Origin: Gemmatimonadota bacterium
GTDB lineage: Bacteria; Gemmatimonadota; Gemmatimonadetes; Gemmatimonadales; GWC2-71-9
Assembly: GCA_016713435.1 (NCBI GenBank)
Contig: JADJPD010000005.1
Coordinates: 129,356-193,355, forward strand
DNA length: 64,000 nucleotides
Direction of reading: 5' to 3'
Below are positions 55,575-64,000 of the stretch, in pieces. The position numbers were made by a program, and so were the translations under genes. A model generated the notes under the pieces. The model was given only the letters and a program-made list of their open reading frames with translations. It was not told the origin of the DNA and searched no databases. Numbering within the stretch: the first letter of the stretch is position 1; the number at the start of each line of letters is the position of its first letter.

Positions 55575-56652
55575 CAGAAGCTCTCGGCGGCGAAGCGGCC
55601 CGGCGGCAACTCGTCCGGTGCGCGGGTCTCGGGGGCCGGCGCGGGCGGCTCCGCCGCGCTCACCGGGGCATCAGGGACGGCCGGGGTCTCGGGGCTGGGC
55701 AGCTCGGGCGGGTCAAGCTCGGCTGCAGGATCCGCGATCACCGCCGGCTCGGCATCGGCGGAGGCGGCCGGTGGCTCCACCGCGGCCGCCGCTTCCCCTC
55801 CACCGCCGCGCCGCACCTCGGCGCCTCGGCGACAGCAACCTGCTCCACGGCGGGCGGCTCGATGGTGACGGGCTCCCCCTCCGCCGGCGCAGCCTCCGCC
55901 ACCGGGGCGAAGGGATCGGGCCGGTCGTCGCGCTGCACCAGGAAGGGGGTGAAGTCCCCCAGCTGCACCAGGCGGACGCGGCCGTGCTTGGCCAGCTCCA
56001 GCAGCGCCAGCAGCGTCGAGAGGATGTCCACGATGGTGGGCCGGGGCCCCAGGGCCTCGAGCCAGCTGAACTCCGAACGTTCCTCCAGCATCGCGGCCAG
56101 GCGGCGGTGCGCGCCCTCGGTGTCCAGCGGGCGCGGCACCACGCGGTGCAGCACCGGCGAGGGGATCTCGCTGATGACCTTCTCCACCGCCTTGAGCAGC
56201 TCGAGGATGTCGAGCGTCAGGGGCGGCGGGGGCAGCTCCGGGGGCGGCGGGAGGTAGCCGCGGGGGTGCTGGTCGGCCCGCCGATCCGCGGCGCGCTCCA
56301 GCCAGGTGGCCACTTCCTTGATCAGCTGGTACTCGAGCAGGCGGCGCACCAGCTCGTGCCGCGGGTCTTCCCAGCCCTCCTCGCCCTCGCGGCGCGGGAG
56401 GAGCATCTGCGCCTTGAGGCGCAGCAGCCGGCCGGCCATCTCGAGGTAGTCGGCCGCCTGGTTCAGGCCGAGCTCGTGGATGGCTCCCAGGAACTGGTCG
56501 GCGATGCGGGCGATGGGGATGTCCGCAATGTCGATCTGCTCCTCCCGCAACAGGTGCAGGAGGAGGTCCAGCGGCCCCGCGAAGGCGTCCAGCCGGACGA
56601 CAAACGCGGGCTCGGCGCCGAGCGCGGTGGTGGGAGCGGCGGGGCTCGTCAT
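55574..56652 (-). CDS. scpA: Segregation and condensation protein A, with a probable 1-nt frame change in the acidic/Pro-rich tail near 55818-55826
   Basis: ATG at 56650-56652: MTSPAAPTT...FAGPLDLLLHLLREEQIDIADIPIARIADQFL. The uninterrupted frame stops at 55738. A second frame (ORF 55574..55816) continues with the same composition and ends in a TGATG overlap with scpB. Confidence 0.8.
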
Positions 56653-56760
56653 CCGGTAGCGGGAATCCTGGAAGCGGGGGCCTGAGCGGGTCCGAGTCGG
56701 GGAACTCGAACGGGCGGGGAATCTATACCCCGGGGAACCCCCTGAAAACCCGCCCCCCGC

Positions 56761-56789
56761 TTGACCTTGCACCGTTTCCTGTCTAGAAT
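56761..56789 (+). promoter_or_regulatory. Sigma70-like promoter for rpsT: TTGACC-N17-TAGAAT
   Basis: Read directly: TTGACC at 56761-56766, a 17-nt spacer, then TAGAAT at 56784-56789. Confidence 0.5.
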
Positions 56790-56848
56790 CACCGCTTCCT
56801 CCGGCTCAACAGGGCCGGTCCCGTTGGTCCATGACCCGAGGTTTTTCC

Positions 56849-57109
56849 GTGCCCCGTATCAAGTCCGCCAAGAAGGCGATGCGGAAGTCCCGTGCGGCGC
56901 AGGAGCGCAACCGCCGCCGCCGCAGCCAGCTCCGCACCGCCGTCAAGAAGGTCCGTGTCGCCGGGAACGCCCAGGAGGCGCAGGCCGCCCTCGTGGAAGC
57001 GACCCGCCTCCTGGACCGCGCGGGCCGGAAGAACCTCGTGCACAAGAACACCGCCAGCCGCACCAAGAGCCGCCTCGCCAAGCTCGTGGCGGCCAAGGCC
57101 GCGAAGTAA
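56849..57109 (+). CDS. rpsT: 30S ribosomal protein S20
   Basis: ORF 56831..57109(+). I prefer the GTG at 56849, which has GAGG 7 nt upstream, giving (M)PRIKSAKKAMRKSRAAQERNRRRRSQLRTAVKK. The ATG at 56831 is the alternative. Confidence 0.85.
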   Translation: MPRIKSAKKAMRKSRAAQERNRRRRSQLRTAVKKVRVAGNAQEAQAALVEATRLLDRAGRKNLVHKNTASRTKSRLAKLVAAKAAK

Positions 57110-57130
57110 GCTGCCCGGGTCAAGCAACGA

Positions 57131-57170
57131 GGGCCGGGTTCCCCTGGGAACCCGGCCCTTCGTGTTTCTG
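57131..57170 (+). terminator. rpsT intrinsic terminator
   Basis: GGGCCGGGTTCC-cctg-GGAACCCGGCCC followed by TTCGTGTTTCT. Confidence 0.65.
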
Positions 57171-57183
57171 CCCTGCCCCTCCC

Positions 57184-58187
57184 CTACAGTGCGGCGAGCT
57201 CGGCGCCGCACCGTTCGCAGTACCACTCGGTGGGGCGGTTCAGCGTGCCGCACTCGCCGCACTTGAGCGTCTTCTGCCCACCTGAGGGCGCCGTGCGCTC
57301 CCGCGGGGGTTCGGCCGCAGGCGGCGGCGCCGGGCGGGGATCGGCCGGGGGCGGCGTCAGGGCCGAATCGGCCTTGATGAACCCGCCACTCGCACGCTTC
57401 GGTGCCGGCGCGGGGGCTGGGGTGGACTCGATCGACTTGAGGAACGCCAGCTCGTCGCCCTTGGCCGCGGGGCCTCCGGCGGCTTCCCCGAGGGGAACCA
57501 GAGGGTCCGGCCGGGCTCTTCCTTCTTCGCGGCCGGCTTGGCCGGGATCGGGGTGGCCGTCTTGGGGGGCGCCGGCCGGATGGGCACCTCCGCCGCCGGG
57601 GCCCGGACCGGTTCGGGGTCCGGCGCCGGCGGCGGCGGCGGCACCTGCACGGCGGGCCGGGGCGCCGAGACCACGACGGGAGGCGCGGGCGGCGGCACGG
57701 GCGGCGGGGCGGGCGCGGGCACCGGCAGCGGCTCGGGCTCAACGGGGGCCCGGATGGTGGCCAGCACCTCATTCAGCCGGTCGATCTCCGAGGCCGTCTG
57801 CGCGATCTCCTCCCGCACCTGCAGGATCACCTTCATCCGCTCGGCGCGGATGCCGTCCCAGCGCGTCTCGTCGTACTCCCCGACCAGGTGGCGGACCTCG
57901 GCCTCGGCCAGCTGGTCCATCTGCTCCTGCTCGCGCGCCGTGAGGGCGCCGTGGCGGGCGGAGAGATCGCCCACCTGCTCCTCGAGGGCGGTCACGTGGG
58001 TGCGCAGCTCCTGCAGCACGGCGTCGAGGCGGCGCTCATAGTCGGCCCGGACGCGGGCCCGGACCGTCTCGGGGACGGTAGGGCCGCCATCGGGCGTGTT
58101 GAGCTTCGCGAGCCAGTTCACGAACTGGGCGCGATCGTGCAGCAGGTGGTCGATCGGGTTCCCGCTATCCGCGGTCGGCTTGGTCAT
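57184..58187 (-). CDS. Coiled-coil / Pro-rich protein with a C-terminal zinc ribbon that is reached only after a frame change (about 57460-57525)
   Basis: ORF 57357..58187(-) gives MTKPTADSGNPIDHLL... (coiled coil, then a PAPAPPP linker). A different frame, open to the stop at 57184-57186, encodes ...AAKGDELAFLKSIESTPAPAP...GGQKTLKCGECGTLNRPTEWYCERCGAELAAL. The span is 1004 nt, which is 335 codons minus 1 nt. Confidence 0.6.
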
Positions 58188-58211
58188 GTGCCGGTTCCCT
58201 TCTGGGGTCCA

Positions 58212-58627
58212 TCAAGGCGTGCACCTGTGCGGCGGCACCGCGCCCAGCAGCAGCGTGGGTTCCGGCAGCAGGTCCGCCGGGAGGCCTTCCCCGGCCAGCC
58301 CCACGGCCCTGGCCGTGGGTGGATGTGCATGGACCACCGCCCCCGCCTGGGGGCAGCGGCGATAGATCCGGAGCTGCAAATCTAACTCGGATGAGGCCTG
58401 CCGAAAGCCGCCCAGCCGCGCGCCGGCCGGGTCACGAGGCCCAGATCGGCCGGGGTGAGGCTGGTCTTGGGACGGCGGCGCAGGGTGACCAGCCCCCCGC
58501 CAGGGCCGCGCCGCACGGAGCGGCCGCCGCCGGCCCCGGCGAGGAGGCCCGCCTCCGGGCGCCGCAGGGCGGCGGGTCCCAGCGCCAGGCCGGCCAGGGA
58601 CGGGGCCGGCCGACGCTCGTCAGGCAC
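58212..58627 (-). pseudogene. Class II aldolase/adducin-family gene remnant (frameshifted and truncated)
   Basis: ORF 58382..58627(-) reads ...AGLLAGAGGGRSVRRGPGGGLVTLRRRPKTSLTPADLGLVT. A second frame reads ...ASSELDLQLRIYRRCPQAGAVVHAHPPTARAVGLAGEGLPADLLPEPTLLLGAVPP and then stops at 58212-58214. Only about 137 of the expected roughly 215 codons are present before the next gene starts. Confidence 0.5.
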
Positions 58628-59912
58628 CGGCCCGGTCGTGCACCACCCGGCCGCGGACGATGGTGACCTCCGCCCGCCCCCGGACCGTCCGCCCGCCGAA
58701 GGGGGTGTTCCGGCTCTTGGAGAAGAAGGCCCGGGGGTCCACCGTCCACTCCACGTCGGGATCGAGAATCACCACGTCGGCCGGCGCGTTCGTGGCGAGC
58801 GACCCGCCTGGGAGCTTGAAGAGCTGCGCCGGCCGGGTGCTCATGCGGTACAGCAGGTCGGAGAGCGACAGCAGCCCCGGACGCACCAGCTGGCTCACGG
58901 CCAGCCCGAAGGCCGTCTCGAGCCCGAGGATGCCGTTCGGCGCCTCGTCGAACTCCCGCTCCTTGGCGTCGTAGTGATGCGGCGCGTGGTCGGTGGCGAT
59001 GACGTCGATGGTCCCATCCTTGAGCGCCTGCTGCAGCGCCTCGACGTCCGCCTCCTCGCGGAGCGGCGGGTTCATCTTGGCGTTGGTATTGTACCCCTCG
59101 CACGCGTGGTGCGTCAGCGTGAGGTGGTGCGGCGTCACCTCGGCCGAGACGTTGAGGCCCATGTCCTTGGCCCGGCGGATCAGGGCCACCGAGCCGCGCG
59201 TGCTCATGTGGCAAAGGTGAATCTGGCCGCCGGTGAGTTCGGACAGGATGATGTCGCGCGCCACGTGGATCTCCTCGGCGGCGGCCGGGATGCCCTTGAG
59301 GCCGAGGCGCGTGGCGACGATCCCCTCGTGCATGGCCCCGGCGTGGGCCAGGGTGATCTCCTCGCAGTGATCGGCGATGGGGAGGCCGAAGGTCTTGGCG
59401 TACTCGAGCGCCGTGCGCATCAGGTGCGAGTTCATGATCGGCTTGCCGTCGTCGGAGACGGCGACGGCGCCCGCGCTCATGAGCTCGCCGAACTCGGACA
59501 GCTTCTCCCCCTTCTGCCCCAGGGAGATGGTGCCCACCGGGTACACCCGCGCCTTGCCCGCCTTCTGGGCCTGGCTGATCACGAAGCCGATGGTGCCCTG
59601 GTTGTCCTGGGGCGGGTCGGTGTTGGGCATGGCGCAGACGGCGGTGAAGCCGCCGGCGGCCGCGGCCATGGCGCCGGTGGCCACCGTCTCCAGGTCCTCG
59701 AACCCCGGTTCCCGCAGGTGCACGTGCAGATCGATCAGGCCCGGGGCCACCACCTTCCCCGTGGCGTCGATCACCTGGCAGCCGTCCTCGCCCACGATGC
59801 CGTGCCCCACGGAGGCCACGCGGCCCTCCGCCAGGTACACGTCCGCGATGCCGTCGCTGCGGCGCGACGGGTCGATGACCCGCCCACCCTTGATCAAGAT
59901 CGGGCGAGTCAC
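58620..59912 (-). CDS. pyrC: Dihydroorotase
   Basis: ORF 58620..59912(-): [15 protein letters not shown]...[13 protein letters not shown]...AVCAMPNT...HLCHMST...ATDHAPH. Confidence 0.9.
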   Translation of the reverse strand: MTRPILIKGGRVIDPSRRSDGIADVYLAEGRVASVGHGIVGEDGCQVIDATGKVVAPGLIDLHVHLREPGFEDLETVATGAMAAAAGGFTAVCAMPNTDPPQDNQGTIGFVISQAQKAGKARVYPVGTISLGQKGEKLSEFGELMSAGAVAVSDDGKPIMNSHLMRTALEYAKTFGLPIADHCEEITLAHAGAMHEGIVATRLGLKGIPAAAEEIHVARDIILSELTGGQIHLCHMSTRGSVALIRRAKDMGLNVSAEVTPHHLTLTHHACEGYNTNAKMNPPLREEADVEALQQALKDGTIDVIATDHAPHHYDAKEREFDEAPNGILGLETAFGLAVSQLVRPGLLSLSDLLYRMSTRPAQLFKLPGGSLATNAPADVVILDPDVEWTVDPRAFFSKSRNTPFGGRTVRGRAEVTIVRGRVVHDRAGA

Positions 59913-60907
59913 TCGCCACCTCCCTGGTGCTGCCAGTCAGGCCCGCCGCCGGCGAGCAGGTAGAGGACGGCCATCCGCACGGCGACCCCGTTGGTCACCT
60001 GCGGCAGGATCACGCTGAAGGGGCCGTCGGCCACGTCGCTGTCGATCTCGACGCCGCGGTTCATGGGGCCGGGGTGCATCACCACGAGGTCCTTCTGCGC
60101 CCGCTCCAGGCGCTCGCGGGTGACGCCGAAGACCCGGTTGTACTCGCGCAGCGAGGGGATGAACCCGCTGGTCATCCGCTCCAGCTGGAGCCGCAGCACG
60201 TTGAGGGCATCGGCCCAGCGGATGGCGTCGTCGATGTGCGGGATCACCTCGACGCCGAGGGCCGCGATGTCGCGCGGGACGAGGCTGGCGGGACCGCAGA
60301 CGGCCACCTGGGCGCCGAGCTTCCGGAGGCCCCAGATGTTGCTCCGGGCCACGCGGCTGTGGGTCACGTCGCCGCAGATGGCCACCTTGAGGCCCTCGAG
60401 CTTCCCGAACTTGTCGCGCAGGGTGAGCAGGTCGAGCAGGCCCTGGGTCGGGTGCTCGTGCTTCCCGTCGCCGGCATTGATCACGTTGGAGCGGATCCGG
60501 TTGCCCAGGAACTCGGCGGAGCCGGAGCTCGGGTGGCGGATCACCACCATGTCGATCCGCATCGCCTCGAGGTTCCGGGCCGTGTCCACCAGGGTCTCGC
60601 CCTTCGAGACCGAGCTGCCGGAGCTCGCCACGTTCACCGTGTCGGCGCTCAGCCGCTTCTCGGCGAACTCGAACGAGGTGCGGGTCCGCGTGGATGCCTC
60701 GAAGAAGAGGTTGACGATCGTCTTGCCGCGGAGGGCCGGGACCTTCTTGATGGGCCGCTCGGACACTTCCTTGAACGCTTCCGCGGTTTCGAGGATGAGG
60801 CGGATCTGCTCGGCCGAGAGGTGCTCGAGGCCGACCAGGTCCTTGCCGAGGGCGGGCGCTTTCGTCACGGGACGCTCGTGGTGCGTCGCAGGGGGAAGGA
60901 ACGGCAC
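59909..60907 (-). CDS. pyrB: Aspartate carbamoyltransferase catalytic subunit
   Basis: ORF 59909..60907(-): GTG start, with an alternative GTG at 60868. Motifs: ...[15 protein letters not shown]...HPTQGLLD...HPGPMNRG. Confidence 0.9.
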   Translation of the reverse strand: MPFLPPATHHERPVTKAPALGKDLVGLEHLSAEQIRLILETAEAFKEVSERPIKKVPALRGKTIVNLFFEASTRTRTSFEFAEKRLSADTVNVASSGSSVSKGETLVDTARNLEAMRIDMVVIRHPSSGSAEFLGNRIRSNVINAGDGKHEHPTQGLLDLLTLRDKFGKLEGLKVAICGDVTHSRVARSNIWGLRKLGAQVAVCGPASLVPRDIAALGVEVIPHIDDAIRWADALNVLRLQLERMTSGFIPSLREYNRVFGVTRERLERAQKDLVVMHPGPMNRGVEIDSDVADGPFSVILPQVTNGVAVRMAVLYLLAGGGPDWQHQGGGE

Positions 60908-60959
60908 GACGCCCCGGGCCGGGCCCCGAGGGGAGCCGGGCGGCGGGGCGCCGGGATCA

Positions 60960-61496
60960 TCATTCGCGGACCAGCTCGACGGCGTCGCGGCCGTCGAGTT
61001 CCCGGACCATCACGTCCACCCGGTCTCCCCTGGCGATGGGCTGGGTGACGCCGACGATGTCCGGCTGGATGGGGAGCTCGCGCCCGCCCCGGTCCACCAG
61101 GACGCAGAGCAGGATGCGGCGCGGGCGGCCGAAGTCGGCCAGCTCATCGAGGGCGGCGCGGATGGTCCGACCGGTGTAGAGCACGTCATCGACGATGACC
61201 ACCGTGCGGCCGTCGAGGTCCCCGGGAATGCGGGTCTCGCCGATGCGGGGGCGCGGGCCGATGGCCTGCAGGTCGTCGCGATAGAGGGTGATGTCCAGGG
61301 CGCCGCAGGGAATGGCGCGCCCCTCGAGCTGCTCCACCTGCTGGGCCAGGCGCGCCGCCAGCTGGACCCCGCGACGCTGGATACCGACCAGCACCAGCCC
61401 CTCAGGCCCCTCGGCGTGCTCAACGAGTTCCGACGCCATCCGGGTGAGGGCCCGGGTCACGGCGCGTTCGTCGAGCAGGTTGGATCGGGTGGGCAT
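60960..61496 (-). CDS. pyrR: Bifunctional pyrimidine operon regulator / uracil phosphoribosyltransferase PyrR
   Basis: ORF 60960..61496(-): ...[15 protein letters not shown]...DITLYRDDL...[18 protein letters not shown]. Confidence 0.9.
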   Translation of the reverse strand: MPTRSNLLDERAVTRALTRMASELVEHAEGPEGLVLVGIQRRGVQLAARLAQQVEQLEGRAIPCGALDITLYRDDLQAIGPRPRIGETRIPGDLDGRTVVIVDDVLYTGRTIRAALDELADFGRPRRILLCVLVDRGGRELPIQPDIVGVTQPIARGDRVDVMVRELDGRDAVELVRE

Positions 61497-61543
61497 GTTG
61501 GGGACAAGCTAGCCACGCCCGGCACCGCCGCCAAGCGGGGGGC

Positions 61544-62131
61544 TCAGCGTGCCGGGGTCACCCGGCGACCGGCCAGGCGGAACAGCATGAGGACCGTGAA
61601 GACCCCGAGGTACGGCAGGGCGTCGCGCACGTCGAGCTTCTGGACCATCAAGTAGTGGATGAGGCCGAGGCCCGTGGCCAGGTACGCCAGGCGGTGCAGC
61701 CTGCTCCAGCGCTTTCCCAGCCGCCGGATGGCCGCGTCGGTGGACGTGAGCGCCAGGGGGATCAGCATGAGAAACGAGATGAACCCGACGGCGATCCGCG
61801 GGTGCTCCACCGTGTCCGCCCAGATGCTGCCCGGATCGAGCCCCTGGTCGAAGACGAAGTAGATCACGGCGTGCAGGAGCACGTAGCCGAAGGCCGCGAG
61901 GCCGAACACCCGGCGCAGCGGCTGGCTCCAGTTCCACTGGAGGTGGCGCCGGAGGGGTGTGATGACCAGGCTCAGCAGCAGCAGCACGATGGCCGAGAGT
62001 CCCGTGGCCACCTGAAGTCCCTTCACAGGGTCAGGGCCGAGGTCGCCGCCGCCGAAGGCCCCCCACACCATCCAGCCCACCGGCCCCAGGCACGCCAGGA
62101 TGACGAACCACTTGAGGGCCCGGGGCGACAT
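61544..62131 (-). CDS. msrQ: Protein-methionine-sulfoxide reductase heme-binding subunit MsrQ (YedZ)
   Basis: ORF 61544..62530(-) trimmed to MSPRALKWFVILACLGPVGWMVW...RRVFGLAAFGYVLLHAVIYFVFD...HRLAYLATGLGLIHY. The product is 195 aa. Confidence 0.8.
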   Translation of the reverse strand: MSPRALKWFVILACLGPVGWMVWGAFGGGDLGPDPVKGLQVATGLSAIVLLLLSLVITPLRRHLQWNWSQPLRRVFGLAAFGYVLLHAVIYFVFDQGLDPGSIWADTVEHPRIAVGFISFLMLIPLALTSTDAAIRRLGKRWSRLHRLAYLATGLGLIHYLMVQKLDVRDALPYLGVFTVLMLFRLAGRRVTPAR

Positions 62132-62142
62132 CCCGGCGGACC

Positions 62143-63072
62143 TCAGAAGTTCCTGCGCAGGTCCATCCCCGCGTACAGCGAGGCCACCTGGTCGGCGTAG
62201 CCGTTGAAGGGGAGCGTGGGCCGCTTGAAGAACTCGCCGATGCGCCGCTCGCGCGCCTGGCTCCACCGGGGATGATCCACAGCCGGGTTCACGTTGGCGA
62301 AGAAGCCGTATTCGTCCGGCGCCACCTCGGCCCAGGTGGTCTTGGGCATCTGCTCCGTGAACCGGATCCGGACGAGGGACTTCCCGCCCTTGAATCCGTA
62401 CTTCCAGGGCACCACGAGGCGCAGCGGCGCCCCGTTCTGGCCCAGCAGCGGCTTGCCGTAGATCCCGGTCGCCAGGATGGTCAGCGGGTGGCGGGCCTCG
62501 TCGAGCCGGAGTCCCTCGGTATAGGGCCACGGGAGGACGGGCCGGCGGACCCCAGGCATCTGCTGCGGGTCGTTGAGCGTGGTGAACTCCACGTACTTGG
62601 CGCGGCTGGTGGGCTGGACCCGGTCAATGAGATCCTTGAGCGGGAACCCCAGCCAGGGGATCACCATGCTCCACGCTTCGACGCAGCGCATCCGGTAAAT
62701 GCGCTCCTCCTGCTTGTAGGGCTTCACGAGGTCGTCGAGGTCGTAGTCGGCCGGCTTGGCCACCTCGCCGTCGATGCGGACCTTCCAGGGCCGGAGCTTG
62801 AGCGCCTTGGCGTTGGCGGCCGGCTCGTCCTTGTCGGTGCCGAACTCGTAGTAATTGTTGTAGGTGGTGACCGTCTCGTAGGGCGTCGGCTTGTCGTCGT
62901 CCGCGTGCACCCCGGCCTCCCGGGCAATGCCGTGGGCGATGGCGCGCTGTTCGCCCGGGGTGAGCGCCAGGCCGAGGGCCCCGAGGCTCGCCAGGAAGGC
63001 GCGACGACTCTGGTACTGGCCCTCGCTGGTGATCTCCTGGCTGGGGATGTCCGCTGGACGGCGAATGAGCAT
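62143..63072 (-). CDS. msrP: Protein-methionine-sulfoxide reductase catalytic subunit MsrP (YedY), Tat-exported
   Basis: ORF 62143..63174(-) trimmed to [11 protein letters not shown]...[13 protein letters not shown]...[11 protein letters not shown]...[14 protein letters not shown]...[12 protein letters not shown]. Confidence 0.85.
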   Translation of the reverse strand: MLIRRPADIPSQEITSEGQYQSRRAFLASLGALGLALTPGEQRAIAHGIAREAGVHADDDKPTPYETVTTYNNYYEFGTDKDEPAANAKALKLRPWKVRIDGEVAKPADYDLDDLVKPYKQEERIYRMRCVEAWSMVIPWLGFPLKDLIDRVQPTSRAKYVEFTTLNDPQQMPGVRRPVLPWPYTEGLRLDEARHPLTILATGIYGKPLLGQNGAPLRLVVPWKYGFKGGKSLVRIRFTEQMPKTTWAEVAPDEYGFFANVNPAVDHPRWSQARERRIGEFFKRPTLPFNGYADQVASLYAGMDLRRNF

Positions 63073-63186
63073 CGGGGTGGCTCCGGAACGGGACGAGTAA
63101 GGAATACGCCGGGGGGTGGTCCATGGTTCCCGGATGCCCGGAAAACGGCGCGGGGGCGGCCCTGATGGGACCACCCCCGCGACAAG

Positions 63187-63275
63187 CGGACAGGGAGGGA
63201 TTCGAACCCTCGAAACGGGTTGAGCCGTTTACACGCTTTCCAGGCGTGCCTCTTCAACCACTCGAGCACCTGTCC
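63187..63275 (-). tRNA. tRNA-Ser (anticodon GGA)
   Basis: Minus-strand sequence: GGACAGGTGCTCGAGTGGTTGAAGAGGCACGCCTGGAAAGCGTGTAAACGGCTCAACCCGTTTCGAGGGTTCGAATCCCTCCCTGTCCG. Acceptor GGACAGG pairs with CCTGTCC. The anticodon loop is CTGGAAA, there is a long variable arm, and the T arm is GAGGG-TTCGAAT-CCCTC. Confidence 0.85.
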
Positions 63276-64000
63276 CTGGGGCCGCCGGCGGACGCAAGGT
63301 CGGCCAGCGGCGGGCCGGAAGTCTAGCGAGCCCCCTGCCCCGTCGCCAGCAGGAGGGCACTTCGGGTGGTGCGTCGTGGCCGCGGGCCGTGGCCGCGTAA
63401 CGGAAGTGCGCCACGAGGCCGCCCAGTTCGCTCGCCACGCGCGCCAGTTCGCCGGCCGCCTCCTGGCTCCGCCGCGCCGCGCCGCGGGTGGCGGCGGCCG
63501 TCCCGGCCACGCCCTCGATGCTCGCGCGGATCTCCCCCGCCCCGCCGGTCGCCTCCCCGAGGCAGCGCGTCATGGTGGTGCTCGTGGCCATCTGCGCCTC
63601 GACGGCCGTGGCGATGGTCCCCTGCGCGTCGCTGATCCGCTGGATGATGGCGCCGATTTCGCGGATGGCCGAGATGGCCTCCCCCGTGTCCGCGTGGATG
63701 GCGTCGATGGTGCCCGCGATGGTGCCGGTGGCGTCGGCGGTCTGCCGGGCCAGCGCCTTCACCTCGCTGGCCACGACCGCGAAGCCCTTGCCCGCCTCGC
63801 CGGCCCGGGCCGCCTCGATGGTGGCATTGAGGGCCAGCAGGTTCGTCTGCTCGGCGATGGTGTTGATGACCTTGAGCACCTTGCCGATCTCGCGACTGGA
63901 GCCACCGAGCTTGGCGACGGTCCGATCGGCCCCTTCGGCCGTGGTAACCCCGGTCCGGGCCACGTCGGCCGCGCGCGCGGCGCTCCGCGCGATCTCCTGG
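63229..64000 (-). CDS. Methyl-accepting chemotaxis protein, C-terminal signalling domain; 5' end beyond the window, true 3' end uncertain
   Basis: ORF 63229..63963(-), and the frame stays open to 64000: ...[49 protein letters not shown]. The ORF stops only inside the tRNA-Ser gene. Confidence 0.8.
   Translation of the reverse strand, partial: QEIARSAARAADVARTGVTTAEGADRTVAKLGGSSREIGKVLKVINTIAEQTNLLALNATIEAARAGEAGKGFAVVASEVKALARQTADATGTIAGTIDAIHADTGEAISAIREIGAIIQRISDAQGTIATAVEAQMATSTTMTRCLGEATGGAGEIRASIEGVAGTAAATRGAARRSQEAAGELARVASELGGLVAHFRYAATARGHDAPPEVPSCWRRGRGLARLPARRWPTLRPPAAPGTGARVVEEARLESV

Noticed and set aside
55574-55816. ORF 55574..55816(-) as an independent 80-aa gene.
   Set aside because: Its composition matches the ScpA tail, it has no ribosome-binding site of its own, and it ends on the scpB start codon. 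It is better explained as the frameshifted 3' end of scpA.
58382-58627. ORF 58382..58627(-) as a stand-alone small protein downstream of pyrC.
   Set aside because: Together with the adjacent frame it reads as the N-terminal part of a class II aldolase, so it is a fragment rather than a complete gene.
60908-60959. PyrR-binding attenuator between pyrR and pyrB, or upstream of pyrR (61497-61543).
   Set aside because: No ARUCCAGAGAGGCU-like binding loop or terminator/antiterminator pair is visible in these short spacers.

Overview
This is a very GC-rich bacterial chromosomal segment. The proteins look Gemmatimonadota-like, but I cannot verify the taxon without a search. I can support about 60 protein genes and two tRNAs: Ser-GGA and a candidate Sec-UCA. 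Nearly all genes are housekeeping or cell-envelope genes. Most lie on the minus strand in long arrays whose stop and start codons often overlap (ATGA/GTGA).

Gene order across the window:
- lipid kinase (partial), selC candidate, ridA, fhs, tatD, secF, secD
- ribF-truB-rbfA-DUF503-infB-ylxQ-nusA-rimP, then pgeF and murA
- a plus-strand DUF948-like / PLC-like / Ser-Thr kinase / M23 peptidase operon
- gatB-gatA-gatC-uvrD-histidine kinase-serS
- a Roadblock / manC / LbH / MBL operon
- groEL-groES with a CIRCE operator
- a PHM-like copper-monooxygenase candidate
- NlpC/P60, lipoprotein, membrane proteins, UbiA, coaX, birA, uppP, bshA, ankyrin, miaA, mutL
- a MoxR / DUF58 / BatA-E type operon
- rluB-scpB-scpA, rpsT, pyrC-pyrB-pyrR, msrQ-msrP, tRNA-Ser, and a partial MCP

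I see no transposase, integrase, CRISPR array or recognisable defence gene, so this reads as core genome.

Main observations:
1. At least four conserved genes (fhs, infB, gatA, miaA) are each split by a single-nucleotide frame change in a G/C run. There are probably three more (scpA, a zinc-ribbon gene, an aldolase remnant). This points to an indel-prone assembly, so pseudogene calls here need caution.
2. The rimP-nusA-infB leader has a promoter followed by a terminator/antiterminator arrangement.
3. A 95-nt tRNA-Sec-like gene lies near the left edge.
4. A secreted protein carries a PHM/DBH-like HH...H...HxH...M ligand pattern and a His-rich tail.
5. A four-gene kinase/peptidase operon with overlapping stop and start codons sits divergent from murA.

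I did not find a clearly novel multi-gene system. All coordinates come from the ORF track plus manual codon counting.
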